Shown: positions 17,243 through 28,359 of the stretch, in pieces
Layout: every line of letters begins with the position of its first letter
How positions within the stretch are numbered: position 1 is the stretch's first letter
Source: Candidatus Mcinerneyibacteriota bacterium
Lineage (GTDB): Bacteria > Macinerneyibacteriota > Macinerneyibacteria > Macinerneyibacteriales > DSCS01
Direction of reading: 5' to 3'
Length of the DNA stretch: 64,000 bases
NCBI GenBank assembly: GCA_016937175.1
Contig: JAFGWL010000013.1
Location: forward strand, 18,821 to 82,820
Made by a program: the position numbers and the translations under genes
Notes under the pieces: model-generated
Databases searched by the model: none
Told to the model about the DNA's origin: nothing
What the model saw: the letters and a program-made list of their open reading frames with translations, nothing else

Positions 17243-19666
17243 CCATTTGATGGCCATGAGAAGGTCTCCCTCGCCGCACCTGGCGTCCGGCTCTTTAACC
17301 GGCGCCCGCTTTTCAACCTTCAGAAGAGAATCTATCTGACGGAGGACCCCCTCTTCGAACTCCTTTTTGGCATATCCCTCATCGTCCAGTAATGCGATGG
17401 GATGAGCCAGAGAAAGTTTATGTTCTGATTTAGCTTTTCTTATAAATTCCACATATCTGAGGACTTTCTCTCCCTCTTCAGCTGCTCCGTCGAAAGCCTG
17501 ATAGTTTTCAGGCAGAGGCCAGGGGGCCAGATGAATGGACTTTTCGGGTAAAAAGTCAGTGAAATAGAGTTGATAGATCTCTTCTGTGATATGAGGCAAG
17601 AAGGGAGCGAAGAGGCGCAGAACCCCGTAAAGGACTGTAAAAAGAGCCCACTGACTCCCCTTTTTCTCCTCTCGGGTCCCTTCCTTGATCTTGCCTTTCA
17701 CCAGTTCGATATAATTATCGCAGAGGTCTTTCCAGAAAAAAGTCTCGATGGACTGAAGTGCAAGGCCGTATTCATAGCGCTCGAGATATTCGGTGGCCGT
17801 TCCTGCCGTGGACCGGAAAGATTCCAGGATCCAGCGGTCCACACTGTTAAGGCTCCCCCCTTTTTCGCCTGAATAACCTTCCAGGTTCATGATGGCGAAT
17901 TTTGAGGCGTTCCAGAGTTTTGTGACGAGTTTACGCCCGTCTTTAAGGACATCTTCTGAAAAAAAAGTGTCCATCCCCAACCGCGACCCTGCCGTCCAGT
18001 ACCTGACCGGATCGGCTGAATGCTGAGCTACCAGAGCCTGGGGAGTCTGTCCTGCATTTCCTTTGGATTTGGATATCTTTTTGCGCTGAGGGTCCAGGCT
18101 GTGCCCGGATATCATGATGTTCTTCCAGGGTGGCACTCCATGATGGTAATAGGACTTGACGATGGTATAGAAAGCCCATGTGCGGATGATGTCATGTGCC
18201 TGGGGGCGCAGGTCCATGGGGAAGATCTCCTTCATCCGGTCGTCTTTTTCGCCCCATTTCCCGTTTATCTGAGGCGTCACCGACGAGGTGGCCCAGGTGT
18301 CCAGGACATCTCTCTCGGGGACAAAAGAGGTCCCTCCACAGGACGGACAGGGCTTTCCCGGGCCATCTTTCAGGGGGTTGACCGGAAGGGAGCTTTTATC
18401 GGCCACAACAGGCTCCCCGCAATCGTCGCAGTACCAGAGGGGGAACGGTACTCCAAAATAACGTTGTCTGGAGATCCCCCAGTCCCATTTGAGATTGGAA
18501 ACCCAATGTATATAACGCTCTTTCATGAATTCAGGGTACCATTTAATGGAATCAGCCAAGCGGATAAGCTCTTCTTTATGCTCGAGGATCTTGATAAACC
18601 ACTGTTTTTTAACGATAAACTCCATCTCCCGCCCGCAACGGTCATGAGTGTTTACAGGATGGGTGACATGGCGTTTCCCGCGTACGAAACCGCCCTCTTC
18701 CAGGTCGTTTATGATGGCTTTTCGCGCCTCTTTGATCTTCATCCCCTCGTAGGGACCCGCCAGGGTATTCATGCGGCCGTTTTCGTCTATGGCCTGGCGC
18801 AGCTCCAGGTTGTGGGTATGATACCATTCCACATCGGTGGAATCGCCGAAGGTACAGCACATGACCGCCCCGGAGCCCTTCTCCGGATCGACTTTGTCAT
18901 CGGGACGGATAGTCACATCGATATCAAAAAGCGGTGGGCGGACAGTCATCCCGTGGGCCTTTTTATACCTGGGGTCTTCCGGATGGACGAAGACAGCGGT
19001 CAGCGCCGGAAGGAGTTCAGGGCGCGTGGTGGAGATGATCAGTTCCTCTCCGTTTTCCAGCGTAAAGGCGATATCCACGAATTCCGAATCGAACTCTTTG
19101 TCTTCTGTCTCAGCCTGGGCCACAGTAGTCCGACAATGGGGACAATAGAGCGCCGGGGTAGCCTTATGGACCACATAGCCCTTTTCAAAGAGATCGATAA
19201 ACGAACGCTGGGAGATCCGGCGTGAACGCTCATCGATGGTGGAATAGAGCTGATTCCAGTCAGCCGAGAAACCCAGGCTTTGCCAGAGAGCCTTGAATTC
19301 CGCTTCTACTTCAGCAGAGACCTCAAGACAATGAGAGATGAACTCCTCCCTGTCCATGGAGGAGGCGTTTTTTTTCAGCTTTTTCTCCACAAGGCGCTCG
19401 GTAGGAAGCCCGTTATCATCAAACCCGAAGGGATAGAAGACATTGTAACCCCGCATGCGTTTGTATCGCGTCATGATCTCAGCCTGGGTATAGGAAAAGA
19501 CATGGCCGATATGCAGCTGTCCCGAGACCGTGGGGGGAGGAGTGTCTACTGAATAGACGGGCTTATCCCCTTTCCCTTCGTATGAAAAGATATTCTCCTC
19601 TTCCCAGAAACGTTGCCATTTTTTCTCTGAATCCAATCCGCCGTAATATTTTGGCAGCTCTTTCAT
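17231..19666 (-). CDS. valS: valine--tRNA ligase (archaeal/type 2-like)
   Basis: DTPPPTVSGQLHIGH, WGISRQRYFG, DTWATSS, RPQAHDIIRTWAF, KISKSKGN. Confidence 0.95.
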   Translation of the reverse strand: MKELPKYYGGLDSEKKWQRFWEEENIFSYEGKGDKPVYSVDTPPPTVSGQLHIGHVFSYTQAEIMTRYKRMRGYNVFYPFGFDDNGLPTERLVEKKLKKNASSMDREEFISHCLEVSAEVEAEFKALWQSLGFSADWNQLYSTIDERSRRISQRSFIDLFEKGYVVHKATPALYCPHCRTTVAQAETEDKEFDSEFVDIAFTLENGEELIISTTRPELLPALTAVFVHPEDPRYKKAHGMTVRPPLFDIDVTIRPDDKVDPEKGSGAVMCCTFGDSTDVEWYHTHNLELRQAIDENGRMNTLAGPYEGMKIKEARKAIINDLEEGGFVRGKRHVTHPVNTHDRCGREMEFIVKKQWFIKILEHKEELIRLADSIKWYPEFMKERYIHWVSNLKWDWGISRQRYFGVPFPLWYCDDCGEPVVADKSSLPVNPLKDGPGKPCPSCGGTSFVPERDVLDTWATSSVTPQINGKWGEKDDRMKEIFPMDLRPQAHDIIRTWAFYTIVKSYYHHGVPPWKNIMISGHSLDPQRKKISKSKGNAGQTPQALVAQHSADPVRYWTAGSRLGMDTFFSEDVLKDGRKLVTKLWNASKFAIMNLEGYSGEKGGSLNSVDRWILESFRSTAGTATEYLERYEYGLALQSIETFFWKDLCDNYIELVKGKIKEGTREEKKGSQWALFTVLYGVLRLFAPFLPHITEEIYQLYFTDFLPEKSIHLAPWPLPENYQAFDGAAEEGEKVLRYVEFIRKAKSEHKLSLAHPIALLDDEGYAKKEFEEGVLRQIDSLLKVEKRAPVKEPDARCGEGDLLMAIKWGER

Positions 19667-19687
19667 CTCTGTTCCTCCTCGTTGATG

Positions 19688-20194
19688 TCAGGGTATAAAA
19701 GGGTCCCAGTCATGGGCCTTCATAATAAGATCGGTGATTTCACGGGCCGCTCCCCGTCCTCCGGGAAGGCTTGTCACATAATCGGCTTCCTGCAGCATGA
19801 GTTCGTGGGCATCGGACACGGTAAAAGCGATACCTGCACGCTTGAAGACCTCCAACTCGGGGATATCGTCTCCCACACAAGCTGTCTCTTCATCCTGAAG
19901 ATGATATTTGGCTTTCAACTCTTCATAGACAGAGAGTTTGTCTTTGATCCCCTGATAGACCTCTGTGATTCCCAGGTCCCGGGCCCTCTTTTCTACAAGG
20001 CGGGATTTTCGTCCTGTCACGATAGCAAGGACGATCCCCCGCGAGAGAAGCATTTTCATCCCCAGCCCGTCGCGGGAGTGGAACGCCTTATATTCTCTTC
20101 CTTCGTCATCCATATAGAGAGAGCCGTCGGTAAGGACGCCGTCCACATCGAAGATGATAAGCCTGATCTTTCTGAGCTGGTCTTCAAATGTCAT
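19688..20194 (-). CDS. kdsC: KDO 8-phosphate phosphatase
   Basis: FDVDGVLTDG, GDDIPE, GGRGAAREI; in kds cluster. Confidence 0.93.
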   Translation of the reverse strand: MTFEDQLRKIRLIIFDVDGVLTDGSLYMDDEGREYKAFHSRDGLGMKMLLSRGIVLAIVTGRKSRLVEKRARDLGITEVYQGIKDKLSVYEELKAKYHLQDEETACVGDDIPELEVFKRAGIAFTVSDAHELMLQEADYVTSLPGGRGAAREITDLIMKAHDWDPFIP

Positions 20195-21147
20195 AAGATC
20201 CCCGCTTTGAGAATGTCATGAATATGGATAACGCCTTCGATATGCTCGGAATCGTCCACCACCACAAGAGAGGTGATATTGTAGTCTTCCATGTTTTTGA
20301 GGGCAAAAGCAGCTAACTTATCCTCAGTGATGGTCTTGGGGTGGCGGATCATGATATCTTTCATAAGGATTTGATTGAGAGAGTCATGGGTCTGCAGAAA
20401 ACGTTTGAAATCTCCGTCGGTGAAGATGCCCAAAAGATGTCCTGAATCATCTGCAACGGTGGTCATCCCCTTTCCCTTGGAGGAGATCTCATAGATGGCC
20501 TCTTTCAGCGGCGTCTCCGGCGAGACCCTCGGGATGGCTTCTCCTGTGACCATGAGATCGGCCACGGTAAGCAAAAGTTTTTTCCCTAAAGCTCCTCCTG
20601 GATGGTAGAGGGCGAAATCTTCAGCTTTAAACCCCTTCTCTTCAAGAAGGGTGATAGCCAACATGTCTCCGAGGACGAGAGTGACCGTCGTGGAAGCTGT
20701 AGGGGCCAGGTTCAGGGGGCAGGCCTCCTTCTCCACAGAGATATCAAGGACTTCGTCGCTGTATCGGGCCAGGGTAGACTCCTTTTTCCCGGTAATAGCT
20801 ATGAGAGGGACGCCCATGCGTTTCAGAGTCGGCAGTATCTTGATGAGTTCTTCTGTCTCCCCGCTGTTGGAGATGGCGATGACCAAGTCTTCCCGGCGGA
20901 TCATACCCAAGTCGCCATGAGAAGCTTCCGCCGGATGAAGAAAAAATGATGGAGTCCCGGTACTGGCCAGGGTTGCCGAGATCTTTCGGCCCACGAGCCC
21001 CGATTTGCCCATCCCGGTGATGACGACGCTTCCCTTGACCGAGGCCAGCAGAGTCACTGCATGAAAAAAGCGATTGTCGATCCTGTCGTAGAGTCTCTTC
21101 AAAGCCTCCAGTTCCACATCCAGAACGCGCCGGGCCGCCTCTTTCAC
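20191..21147 (-). CDS. kdsD: arabinose-5-phosphate isomerase (KpsF/GutQ, SIS + 2 CBS)
   Basis: [32 protein letters not shown]-terminal CBS pair. Confidence 0.95.
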   Translation of the reverse strand: MKEAARRVLDVELEALKRLYDRIDNRFFHAVTLLASVKGSVVITGMGKSGLVGRKISATLASTGTPSFFLHPAEASHGDLGMIRREDLVIAISNSGETEELIKILPTLKRMGVPLIAITGKKESTLARYSDEVLDISVEKEACPLNLAPTASTTVTLVLGDMLAITLLEEKGFKAEDFALYHPGGALGKKLLLTVADLMVTGEAIPRVSPETPLKEAIYEISSKGKGMTTVADDSGHLLGIFTDGDFKRFLQTHDSLNQILMKDIMIRHPKTITEDKLAAFALKNMEDYNITSLVVVDDSEHIEGVIHIHDILKAGIL

Positions 21148-21968
21148 AGGCTCTCCTCCTTGACAAGGGTATCGAGTTTTTTGAAAAAATCCAGCATAGC
21201 GGGAAGGTCTCTCAGAGAGACCATATTGGGCCCGTCGGAGAGTCCTTTGTCCGGGTCGGGATGTACTTCCATAAAGAGTCCTGCGATACCGGCGGTAAGA
21301 GCGGCTTTAGCCAGGGGAAATACATACTCACGGTTTCCCCCGCTTCGCCCTCCCAGCCCGCCAGGCTGCTGGACACTGTGGGTGGCGTCGAAAACAACCG
21401 GATATCCCATCTGACGCAACACGACCAGAGAGCGGATATCTGTGATCAGGTTATTGTAACCGAAACTTGCTCCTCTTTCGGTGAGAAGGATCTTTTCATT
21501 TCCCGTAGAGGCCACTTTTGCAGCGGCATGGGTCATGTCCCAGGGAGCTAAAAACTGTCCTTTTTTGATATTGACGGGGATCCCGGTCTTTCCCGCTTCC
21601 AGGAGAAGGTCAGTCTGACGGCAGAGAAATGCGGGAATCTGTATCATGTCGACCACTTGTGCAGCAGCCTTGGCCTGTTCCTCTGTATGGATATCCGTGA
21701 CCACCGGGAGTCCAAGCTCATCCTTGACCTTTTGCAGGATGCGGAGGCCCTCTTCCAGGCCGGGCCCGCGGTAGCTTTCTATTGATGACCTGTTGGCTTT
21801 ATCGAAAGAGGCTTTGAAGATAAAAAATATGCCTCTGTCCCTGCAGATCTTCTGAAGATCCTCGGCAATATCGAGCACCATTTTCTCCCCTTCGATGACA
21901 CATGGGCCGGCGATGAGAAAAAACGGTGAATCGTTGGAAAGTGTATGGTTTTGGATTGAAACAGCCAT
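21144..21968 (-). CDS. kdsA: KDO 8-phosphate synthase
   Basis: [37 protein letters not shown]; start placed at ATG 21968 (SD GAGGGAGG). Confidence 0.96.
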   Translation of the reverse strand: MAVSIQNHTLSNDSPFFLIAGPCVIEGEKMVLDIAEDLQKICRDRGIFFIFKASFDKANRSSIESYRGPGLEEGLRILQKVKDELGLPVVTDIHTEEQAKAAAQVVDMIQIPAFLCRQTDLLLEAGKTGIPVNIKKGQFLAPWDMTHAAAKVASTGNEKILLTERGASFGYNNLITDIRSLVVLRQMGYPVVFDATHSVQQPGGLGGRSGGNREYVFPLAKAALTAGIAGLFMEVHPDPDKGLSDGPNMVSLRDLPAMLDFFKKLDTLVKEESL

Positions 21969-22056
21969 GAGCCCTCCCTCGTTTAAATAACGGCGGGGCC
22001 CTTCTGACCCCACCGAAATCATATCACAGGCCGTTGGAAAAGTCAACGAAGGATGG

Positions 22057-25000
22057 TCAGCTGTTGATAAGGAGGAAAGGCCGGATTACCCCGGCTCTGA
22101 TCTGTGTCCGCCCGCTGATGCTGCCTACCTCTCCTGAATACTTCTCAAGGAAAGCGCGTGTCTCTTTGTTGAATGAACCCTGTCCGAATCCCCTGGTAAG
22201 GAGAAGGGTGAACCCGAGCCCCTCATCCCCGGTGATGGCGCTTCCCAGCTCTTCCCCCATGAAAGTGCGCCAGTCAGAGAGGACCATGGAAGGAGCGACA
22301 AGCCCTCTTACGCTTTTTTCCCGGCAGGCCTTAAGATGGTCCAGCGTTACTTCTCCGTTCAAAAAGAGGATCTTCCCCTCTTTTTCGCTTACTTCCCAGG
22401 GTACGACTTCTCCCCAATGCTCATGCCCGAACCCTATGCGCCCCGTCAGACGGTGTCCTTTTGCCTCTATAATGACTTCATAGCCCGGAAGGATCTCTTT
22501 GACACGCCCCCGGACAAAGGCATAGGTGATGAGAGGTTTGAAATCATACTGTATCGTCACACTTCCCTCTTCATGGTCTATTTTTTTCACGATTCCTGTA
22601 ACCGGGGCTTTCAGGCCGGGAGATTCCCGCATATAAAGAGTCTCTGAAGACAGTTTAACAAGGTGCATTCCCTTTTCGATGAAATCACCCTCTTTTACAC
22701 TAAGATATCCCTTCATATGCCGCGGCCTGATATTGAGAAGAGAAGCCAGGGGGATTTTCACAGGTTTTGTGGAGTAGTCCTGGATCTCCTCAAGGACAAT
22801 GATCCCGTTCTCCTCTACAGCCAGGACACGTCCGCGGACAGGAGTCTTCAAAACATGATGTTTTTTCCCGATCTTTCCGTCAAAAACTGTCTGGTTGGTG
22901 GAGACGATGTCGTTTTCCCGAACCGTGACACCTGCCAGAAGCTCCTCTTTTTCAGCCTTGATGTCATATCCCAGAAGCCTTCTGAGGTCTACCATGAAGA
23001 TCCGCGGAGGAGTCATATTGTTTTCTCCCACGGGGGTCTCAGGGCGGACTTCGTCTCCTGCTTTTACCAGGACCTCCCCTTTGTAGGGCATCCTGCGGGG
23101 GACATCAGCCTTGATATCTTGCTCCAAAGAGACATGTTCGAGAGGAGCCTCCTCGCCGGGTTCTGCCTCCCCCTGATAAAGAGTGACATAGGAAGTGAAT
23201 GGTTTCCCGTTGAAGAAGCGCCCCCGCCCCCGGCAGTCTATGACCACGGGAAGAGCGGAATCGATAGTGACTTCGTTACCGTTTTTGTCCAGAGAGACGT
23301 TTTTGGCCGGGATAACTCTGGCTTTGAGCCCCTGGGGATAAAAGAGCAGAGAACCCCATGCGACTTCCGTAGAGACAGCCCCCTCTTCCCGGATGAGAGT
23401 CAGGGCGCTCTTTTTTTCATCGTAGACCTTCCCGGTGGGAGCCAAAACATAAGCTATCTCCCTGAGGCTCGACTCGACAAAGGCATCCAGGGCTTCGGTG
23501 GGTGTGAGCGTACTTAGGATACCGAAATGGGGGCTGCGGAAGCCCTTGTCTATTGCCAGAGTCGTGATCCCTTCAGGGAGGAATCCGTCCAGAAGCATAT
23601 GAACAGCTTCAGCATCTTGGCGGGTATGGGAAAGGACGCCTCCGGATCCGATAAACAGGTCGATATCGGCAAACTGAAAGGATTTCGGTGTATCTCTTAT
23701 TGAAAGGATCTCAGAGAAGGGATCGAAATTCTCGTCCCGTCTCCTCCGGTCAAGAAACCCTACACGCAGAATCCGGAAATTAGTCTTCTGATGCTGCTCC
23801 CAGGCAAGACGCAGGCCCAGAACAGCTAAGTGCTGTTCCACTTCGATCTCCCACTCTTCTTGAGGAAGGCGGGTGGGATAGAGCATCTTGTTTCCGCAGT
23901 ACCTGCGTGCCGCCTCAGCGCTTAGCGGTGCTTCCAGGCGACCCGCCACCGCCTCTTCCCCGGCCTCTTTGAAGATCTGGCCTATTGAATAACTCATCCC
24001 GATATTGGCTGCTACGGTCCGGTTATATTCTCCGATGATATTGGAGAACAGGTCGGTGGTGGCTCCTCCCATATCGGCCATGACTACGTTTTTGCGTTTC
24101 ATCTCACCATAGAGAGAGAGGATCTTCTCTACACCTACAGGAGTCGGCAGGATATGGTCTCCGGCCCATTTTTTCAGCTTGGGGTATCCCGGAGCCTTTT
24201 CCATGACATGGTTGAGGAAGAGATGATGAATAGAGGCCTGGGCGGGAAAGATATTGGTCTTTTCAAGCGAAGGGCGGAGGTTCTCTGTCACATGGCAATT
24301 AAATCCCTGCAGAGTCTTCAGAACCAGTCCACGGGCATTGGTATTTCCCGCATAGACAACAGGAGGCCTTTCCTGACGGGAATATTTCATAGTAGGCTCC
24401 GAAAGAGCCAGTATCTCGGCCAGACGCACAACTCCGGCGATATTCCCCCCGTCGATCCCCCCAGCCATAAGGATCATGTCGGGATGGATGTCGTAGAGAA
24501 AACGCATGCGCTCTATCACAGGAAGCTCGTCATCGATGGTGAAACGCCTGAGGATGACTCCTCCCGCTCCATTAGCCGCCTGAGACGCCACTTCTCCGGT
24601 GTCGGTGGAAGAGACGCCGAAGACAGCTATCTGAAGTCCCCCGCCGGCTGAACTGGTGGCCAGCATCGGGATTTGCGGCTTTCCGGCTGATGTGACGATC
24701 TTCTTCCCCTTGTACCGGGAATCGATCTCCCTTAGTGCCGCAGTTACCCCTATGGTGACATCATTATCCGGGTCTTCCACTGTGGTTTTTACATAGGAAT
24801 CGGCTGCCACCACCCATCTATTGCCCTCTTTAGTCAAAAGGACAGCTTTTGTGGCTGTACTGCCTATATCGACAACGGCAAAGGCCTCCTCCTTCTCCAG
24901 AGGGTCTCGCCCCCCGGATCCGAAAAGGTCATCCAGAGAGCGGCCGAAGATCTGGGCCATCTTCAGGCAGATCTTCAAAGAAGGGTTGTACCTTCCTCCT

Positions 25001-25104
25001 TCGATAAGGGCTACAGTCTGACGGCTGATGCCCAGTTCCGCTGCCAGGTTTTCCTGGGTATATCCCGCCGCTTCACGATATTTCCTGATCCGCTCACCGT
25101 CCAT
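22057..25104 (-). CDS. XRE-HTH + GlmL/MutL-like (glutamate mutase L) ASKHA ATPase + uncharacterised C-terminal domain fusion
   Basis: aa 1-62 XRE ([28 protein letters not shown]); [33 protein letters not shown] GlmL motifs; C-terminal [11 protein letters not shown] / LKTPVRGRV / LKAPVTGIV barrel-sandwich-like repeats. Confidence 0.8.
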   Translation of the reverse strand: MDGERIRKYREAAGYTQENLAAELGISRQTVALIEGGRYNPSLKICLKMAQIFGRSLDDLFGSGGRDPLEKEEAFAVVDIGSTATKAVLLTKEGNRWVVAADSYVKTTVEDPDNDVTIGVTAALREIDSRYKGKKIVTSAGKPQIPMLATSSAGGGLQIAVFGVSSTDTGEVASQAANGAGGVILRRFTIDDELPVIERMRFLYDIHPDMILMAGGIDGGNIAGVVRLAEILALSEPTMKYSRQERPPVVYAGNTNARGLVLKTLQGFNCHVTENLRPSLEKTNIFPAQASIHHLFLNHVMEKAPGYPKLKKWAGDHILPTPVGVEKILSLYGEMKRKNVVMADMGGATTDLFSNIIGEYNRTVAANIGMSYSIGQIFKEAGEEAVAGRLEAPLSAEAARRYCGNKMLYPTRLPQEEWEIEVEQHLAVLGLRLAWEQHQKTNFRILRVGFLDRRRRDENFDPFSEILSIRDTPKSFQFADIDLFIGSGGVLSHTRQDAEAVHMLLDGFLPEGITTLAIDKGFRSPHFGILSTLTPTEALDAFVESSLREIAYVLAPTGKVYDEKKSALTLIREEGAVSTEVAWGSLLFYPQGLKARVIPAKNVSLDKNGNEVTIDSALPVVIDCRGRGRFFNGKPFTSYVTLYQGEAEPGEEAPLEHVSLEQDIKADVPRRMPYKGEVLVKAGDEVRPETPVGENNMTPPRIFMVDLRRLLGYDIKAEKEELLAGVTVRENDIVSTNQTVFDGKIGKKHHVLKTPVRGRVLAVEENGIIVLEEIQDYSTKPVKIPLASLLNIRPRHMKGYLSVKEGDFIEKGMHLVKLSSETLYMRESPGLKAPVTGIVKKIDHEEGSVTIQYDFKPLITYAFVRGRVKEILPGYEVIIEAKGHRLTGRIGFGHEHWGEVVPWEVSEKEGKILFLNGEVTLDHLKACREKSVRGLVAPSMVLSDWRTFMGEELGSAITGDEGLGFTLLLTRGFGQGSFNKETRAFLEKYSGEVGSISGRTQIRAGVIRPFLLINS

Positions 25105-25115
25105 AAAGCCTCCTT

Positions 25116-25168
25116 TGTAACATATATTATATATTGTATAGTATAATATACATTTCTTTCATTGTCAA
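25116..25168 (-). promoter_or_regulatory. sigma70 promoter with overlapping palindromic operator(s)
   Basis: TTGACA(25168-25163)-N17-TATACT(25145-25140); inverted repeat TGTATA-N6-TATACA 25135-25152 and related copy 25116-25133. Confidence 0.75.
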
Positions 25169-25204
25169 GGTTGCATCCCTCGTTTCTTCGTGTATATTAT
25201 CTTT

Positions 25205-25885
25205 ATGAAAGAACTTCTTTTGTTTGATATCGATGGTACATTGATCAAAGTAAATCATGCCGGCCGTGAGGCCTTTTGCGAGGCTCTCTTCTCACTTTTT
25301 CCCGATCTGATGAGGGGAGAGTTCTGTTTTTCCCTGCGTGGCGCCACAGATCTGGGTGTCTTCAAAGCCTTCTGCCGACAATCCGGAATTACTTTTTCTC
25401 AAGATCTCTGGGAAAAGTTCACATTCCTCTTCACAGAAGCCCTGAAAATGACATCTGAAAACTATCAATGGGAGGTTATTCCCGGTGCGCGCAAAATGTT
25501 AAACCATTGCTTGAATATCGGCCTCTCTCTGGGATTAGCTACAGGGAATACAAGGGCGGGATCTATGCTTAAACTCTCCTCGGCCCTTTTTTCTTTGAAA
25601 GATCCCGTCGGTGGTTTCGGCGATGATTGCCTGACAAAAATCGAAGCCGTCCGTAAGGCCCTTCTCGCCTTTTCTTCTGTAACACCGGACCACATCCTCT
25701 TTTTCGGAGATACACATAGCGATTACCAGGCGGCCTGTGAATGCGGGATCTCATTCACAGGGATCGCGGGACTCGATTTTCAATTGAAAAAGCGTAAATA
25801 CCCTTTTCCTGTGATCAAAGATTACCTTTCAATTCTTGACTCCCCCGGCTCACCCCTTTACAGGGAAATCTTCGGGGAATCCTGA
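25205..25885 (+). CDS. HAD-family hydrolase (phosphoglycolate phosphatase-like)
   Basis: LFDIDGTL, LATGN, FFGDTHSD motifs; start set at ATG 25205. Confidence 0.88.
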   Translation: MKELLLFDIDGTLIKVNHAGREAFCEALFSLFPDLMRGEFCFSLRGATDLGVFKAFCRQSGITFSQDLWEKFTFLFTEALKMTSENYQWEVIPGARKMLNHCLNIGLSLGLATGNTRAGSMLKLSSALFSLKDPVGGFGDDCLTKIEAVRKALLAFSSVTPDHILFFGDTHSDYQAACECGISFTGIAGLDFQLKKRKYPFPVIKDYLSILDSPGSPLYREIFGES

Positions 25886-26500
25886 TATAAAGAGCAGGAT
25901 CCGTCCCTCTGTATAGGATATCTCTGTCTTTTCTCCGCTGACATTACTCAAAGAGAGGGTATCGGGGTCCAGAATGACACTGTCCAGGGGATAACGGGCG
26001 TCTTTTATGGTCACACCGTATGAACGCTCCAGAGGGAGAAGCGAAAAGAGAGTCTCCTTCAGGACAGAAAGCCGGAGAGTCTCGCCCGGATTTAATAGAG
26101 ACACAAGGCCATGGGATGTGGCCATCCTGACCTGGGGGCCGAACCTTTCCACGGCCCGAAGATTAAAATAAAAATGATCGGTACGGCCTCCGTCTGCGTT
26201 GAAAAGAGTGATCGTCTCATATGAATCTATTGAGCGTATATACTCCAGAGCATAAAAGAGGTCCGAAATATCCTTTTCGACGGGCAGCCTGATGACAAGG
26301 GGCTTCTTCCCCTCCAGAAGAGATGAATCTCTGAGAGAATCAAAATCTCCGATGAGGGCAAGGGGCTCAAGATGGAGCTTTTGACAGACATCCGCCCCGT
26401 GGTCTGCAGCATAAATATCAAACCGATCCCAGAGGACTCTTTTCAAAAAGCTGTAATCAGGAGACTCCCGGCCGGCGATGAGTGCTGCATCCTTTTTCAT
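25850..26500 (-). CDS. thiN: thiamine diphosphokinase
   Basis: AADHGA, IGDFDS, EKDISDL, GGRTDH, YPL, LSLSN. Confidence 0.88.
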   Translation of the reverse strand: MKKDAALIAGRESPDYSFLKRVLWDRFDIYAADHGADVCQKLHLEPLALIGDFDSLRDSSLLEGKKPLVIRLPVEKDISDLFYALEYIRSIDSYETITLFNADGGRTDHFYFNLRAVERFGPQVRMATSHGLVSLLNPGETLRLSVLKETLFSLLPLERSYGVTIKDARYPLDSVILDPDTLSLSNVSGEKTEISYTEGRILLFISGFPEDFPVKG

Positions 26501-26519
26501 AGCCTGCTACGCCACCCCC

Positions 26520-26867
26520 TCAAAGGGTAAGGCTCTCACGGAGCCGGGAAGTCTCGCGGAGATAACAGAAAAAACGCTTGTCTCTTCCCCTGGCCGTGAG
26601 GAGAAACCTTATGGTCAGAGGAAGGCTCTTTTCAACACCCATCTCCTGGACGCACAGCAGGGGAAGTGTTTCAAACCCCAGACTTCTGATGGCAGCGCAA
26701 GGATAGGAAGCAGTGATATCTGGAGTAGCACTGATGAGAAGAAAATGGATCTGCCGGGGCTTTATCGACGCTTTTTTGAGAACGGCGGCAAAAAGTTCCT
26801 GTGTCCCCTTTCGGATCTCTTCTTCGGTATTGGACGGAATATTAACGGCACCCCGGACGACCTTCAC
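26520..26867 (-). CDS. aroH: chorismate mutase, AroH class
   Basis: VRGAV, TPDITASYP, PLLCVQEMGV...L.LTIR, YLRETSRLR. Confidence 0.85.
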   Translation of the reverse strand: MKVVRGAVNIPSNTEEEIRKGTQELFAAVLKKASIKPRQIHFLLISATPDITASYPCAAIRSLGFETLPLLCVQEMGVEKSLPLTIRFLLTARGRDKRFFCYLRETSRLRESLTL

Positions 26868-26871
26868 CCTG

Positions 26872-28176
26872 TCACTCCCCGACTCGTTCGATCTCTGCCC
26901 CTAAACCCTGCAGGCGCGTGTCTATATGCTCATAGCCCCTGTCGATCTGAATGATATTATGGATCTCCGATATCCCCTGAGCTCCCAGAGCCGCGATAAG
27001 AAGAGAGATCCCCGCTCTGATGTCCGGGCTGACCACTTCGCTCCCCAGAAGAGGAGAAGGCCCGATGATAACGACTCTGTGGGGGTCGCACAAGACGATC
27101 TGAGCTCCCATATACTTAAGTTTATCCACAAAGAACATGCGGCTTTCAAACATCTTTTCATGGACGATAACGCTTCCGTGAGCCTGTGTAGCCGCCACGA
27201 TGATGACCGAAGTGAGGTCGGCCGGGAAAAGAGGCCATGGCCCGTCGCTGATGGTGGGGATCGCTCCCTTGAAATCGGGCCTGATCTTCATCTTCTGAGA
27301 GCCGGGTATAAAGAGGTCTTTTCCCTTTTTTGAGAATTGAAGCCCAAGGCGTTTGAACCCTGATGAGATCACGGCAAAAACATCTTCATTGTCCCTGAAG
27401 ACGTCAGAAATGGTTATCTCTCCGCCGGTTACAGCCGCCAGAGACATAAAACTCCCCGCTTCGATATAATCATACTGGATACGGTACCGGCCTCCGGAAA
27501 GGTTTCGGACGCCTTCGATGGTGATACGGTTTGTCCCTGCCCCTTCAATGCGGGCCCCCAAGCTGTTGAGAAAGTTACAGAGTCCCTGGACATGAGGCTC
27601 ACAGGCAGCGTTATAGATGACCGTACGTCCCCGGGCCGTGACCGCAGCCATGACGGCATTCTCCGTGGCTGTCACAGAGGGCTCATCCAGCAGGATGGAG
27701 GCTCCTGTAAGGCTTTTTCCCGAGACTGAAAAGTGGAGCCTTTCTGCTTTTTCATCATGCTCCAGATTTGCGCCGAGCTGTTCCATGACTAAAAGATGAG
27801 TATCTATCCTCCGCCGCCCGATCCTGTCCCCCCCGGGAAGAGGGCAGCTCACCTCCCCTTTTCGCGCAAGAAGAGGCCCGATGAGAGTCAGAGAGGCTCT
27901 CAACTGTTTGAACAGCCCTTCATCAAGGTCGCTTGAGTCAAGAGAAGAGGCATTGATCTTCCACTCATTTGCGCCCAGCCGCTCAACGCTTGTTCCCAGG
28001 GACCGGATCAGGTCAAGAAGGACATGGACATCTTTGATATCGGGCACGTTCTCCAGAATGATATCGTGCGGAGTCAGAAGGGATGCAGCGATGACAGGAA
28101 GCGCTTCGTTTTTATTGCCGGCTGGCCTTATAGGCCCTTTCAGGGGACGCCCGCCGGTGACCTTGAAATAGGACAT
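26872..28176 (-). CDS. murA: UDP-N-acetylglucosamine 1-carboxyvinyltransferase
   Basis: [49 protein letters not shown]. Confidence 0.96.
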   Translation of the reverse strand: MSYFKVTGGRPLKGPIRPAGNKNEALPVIAASLLTPHDIILENVPDIKDVHVLLDLIRSLGTSVERLGANEWKINASSLDSSDLDEGLFKQLRASLTLIGPLLARKGEVSCPLPGGDRIGRRRIDTHLLVMEQLGANLEHDEKAERLHFSVSGKSLTGASILLDEPSVTATENAVMAAVTARGRTVIYNAACEPHVQGLCNFLNSLGARIEGAGTNRITIEGVRNLSGGRYRIQYDYIEAGSFMSLAAVTGGEITISDVFRDNEDVFAVISSGFKRLGLQFSKKGKDLFIPGSQKMKIRPDFKGAIPTISDGPWPLFPADLTSVIIVAATQAHGSVIVHEKMFESRMFFVDKLKYMGAQIVLCDPHRVVIIGPSPLLGSEVVSPDIRAGISLLIAALGAQGISEIHNIIQIDRGYEHIDTRLQGLGAEIERVGE

Positions 28177-28184
28177 AGGCCCTC

Positions 28185-28358
28185 CTAGTTTTTGATTTTT
28201 GTGACTTTTTCGATCTCGCCGGTCAGCTGGACCACACTGTCCTTGATATCGCTCAAGTTGCGAAGCAGGAGATTCATGTCTCTTTTGAGATACTCCATCC
28301 TCTCATTGAGCCGTGCTATGACCTCATCAAAATAATCCTTCTCTTTGTCGCGGATCAT
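28185..28358 (-). CDS. small coiled-coil protein (57 aa; absent from ORF track)
   Basis: [67 protein letters not shown] upstream; fills the gap between HisKA gene and murA. Confidence 0.8.
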   Translation of the reverse strand: MIRDKEKDYFDEVIARLNERMEYLKRDMNLLLRNLSDIKDSVVQLTGEIEKVTKIKN

Positions 28359-28359
28359 T

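Noticed and set aside
18020..19225. Long plus-strand ORFs antisense to real genes (e.g. 18020-19225, 22663-23517, 32136-33125, 44909-45838, 48934-49893, 61107-61994)
   Set aside because: Shadow frames of well-conserved minus-strand genes; no motifs and atypical composition
21969..22046. N-terminal extensions in the ORF track for kdsA (also purE to 38024, cmk-like to 33314, lgt to 38749)
   Set aside because: Downstream starts have good SD sequences and match family N-termini; several extensions overlap neighbouring genes
25850..25885. 36-bp convergent overlap of HAD and thiN 3' ends
   Set aside because: Ordinary in compact genomes; no evidence of function
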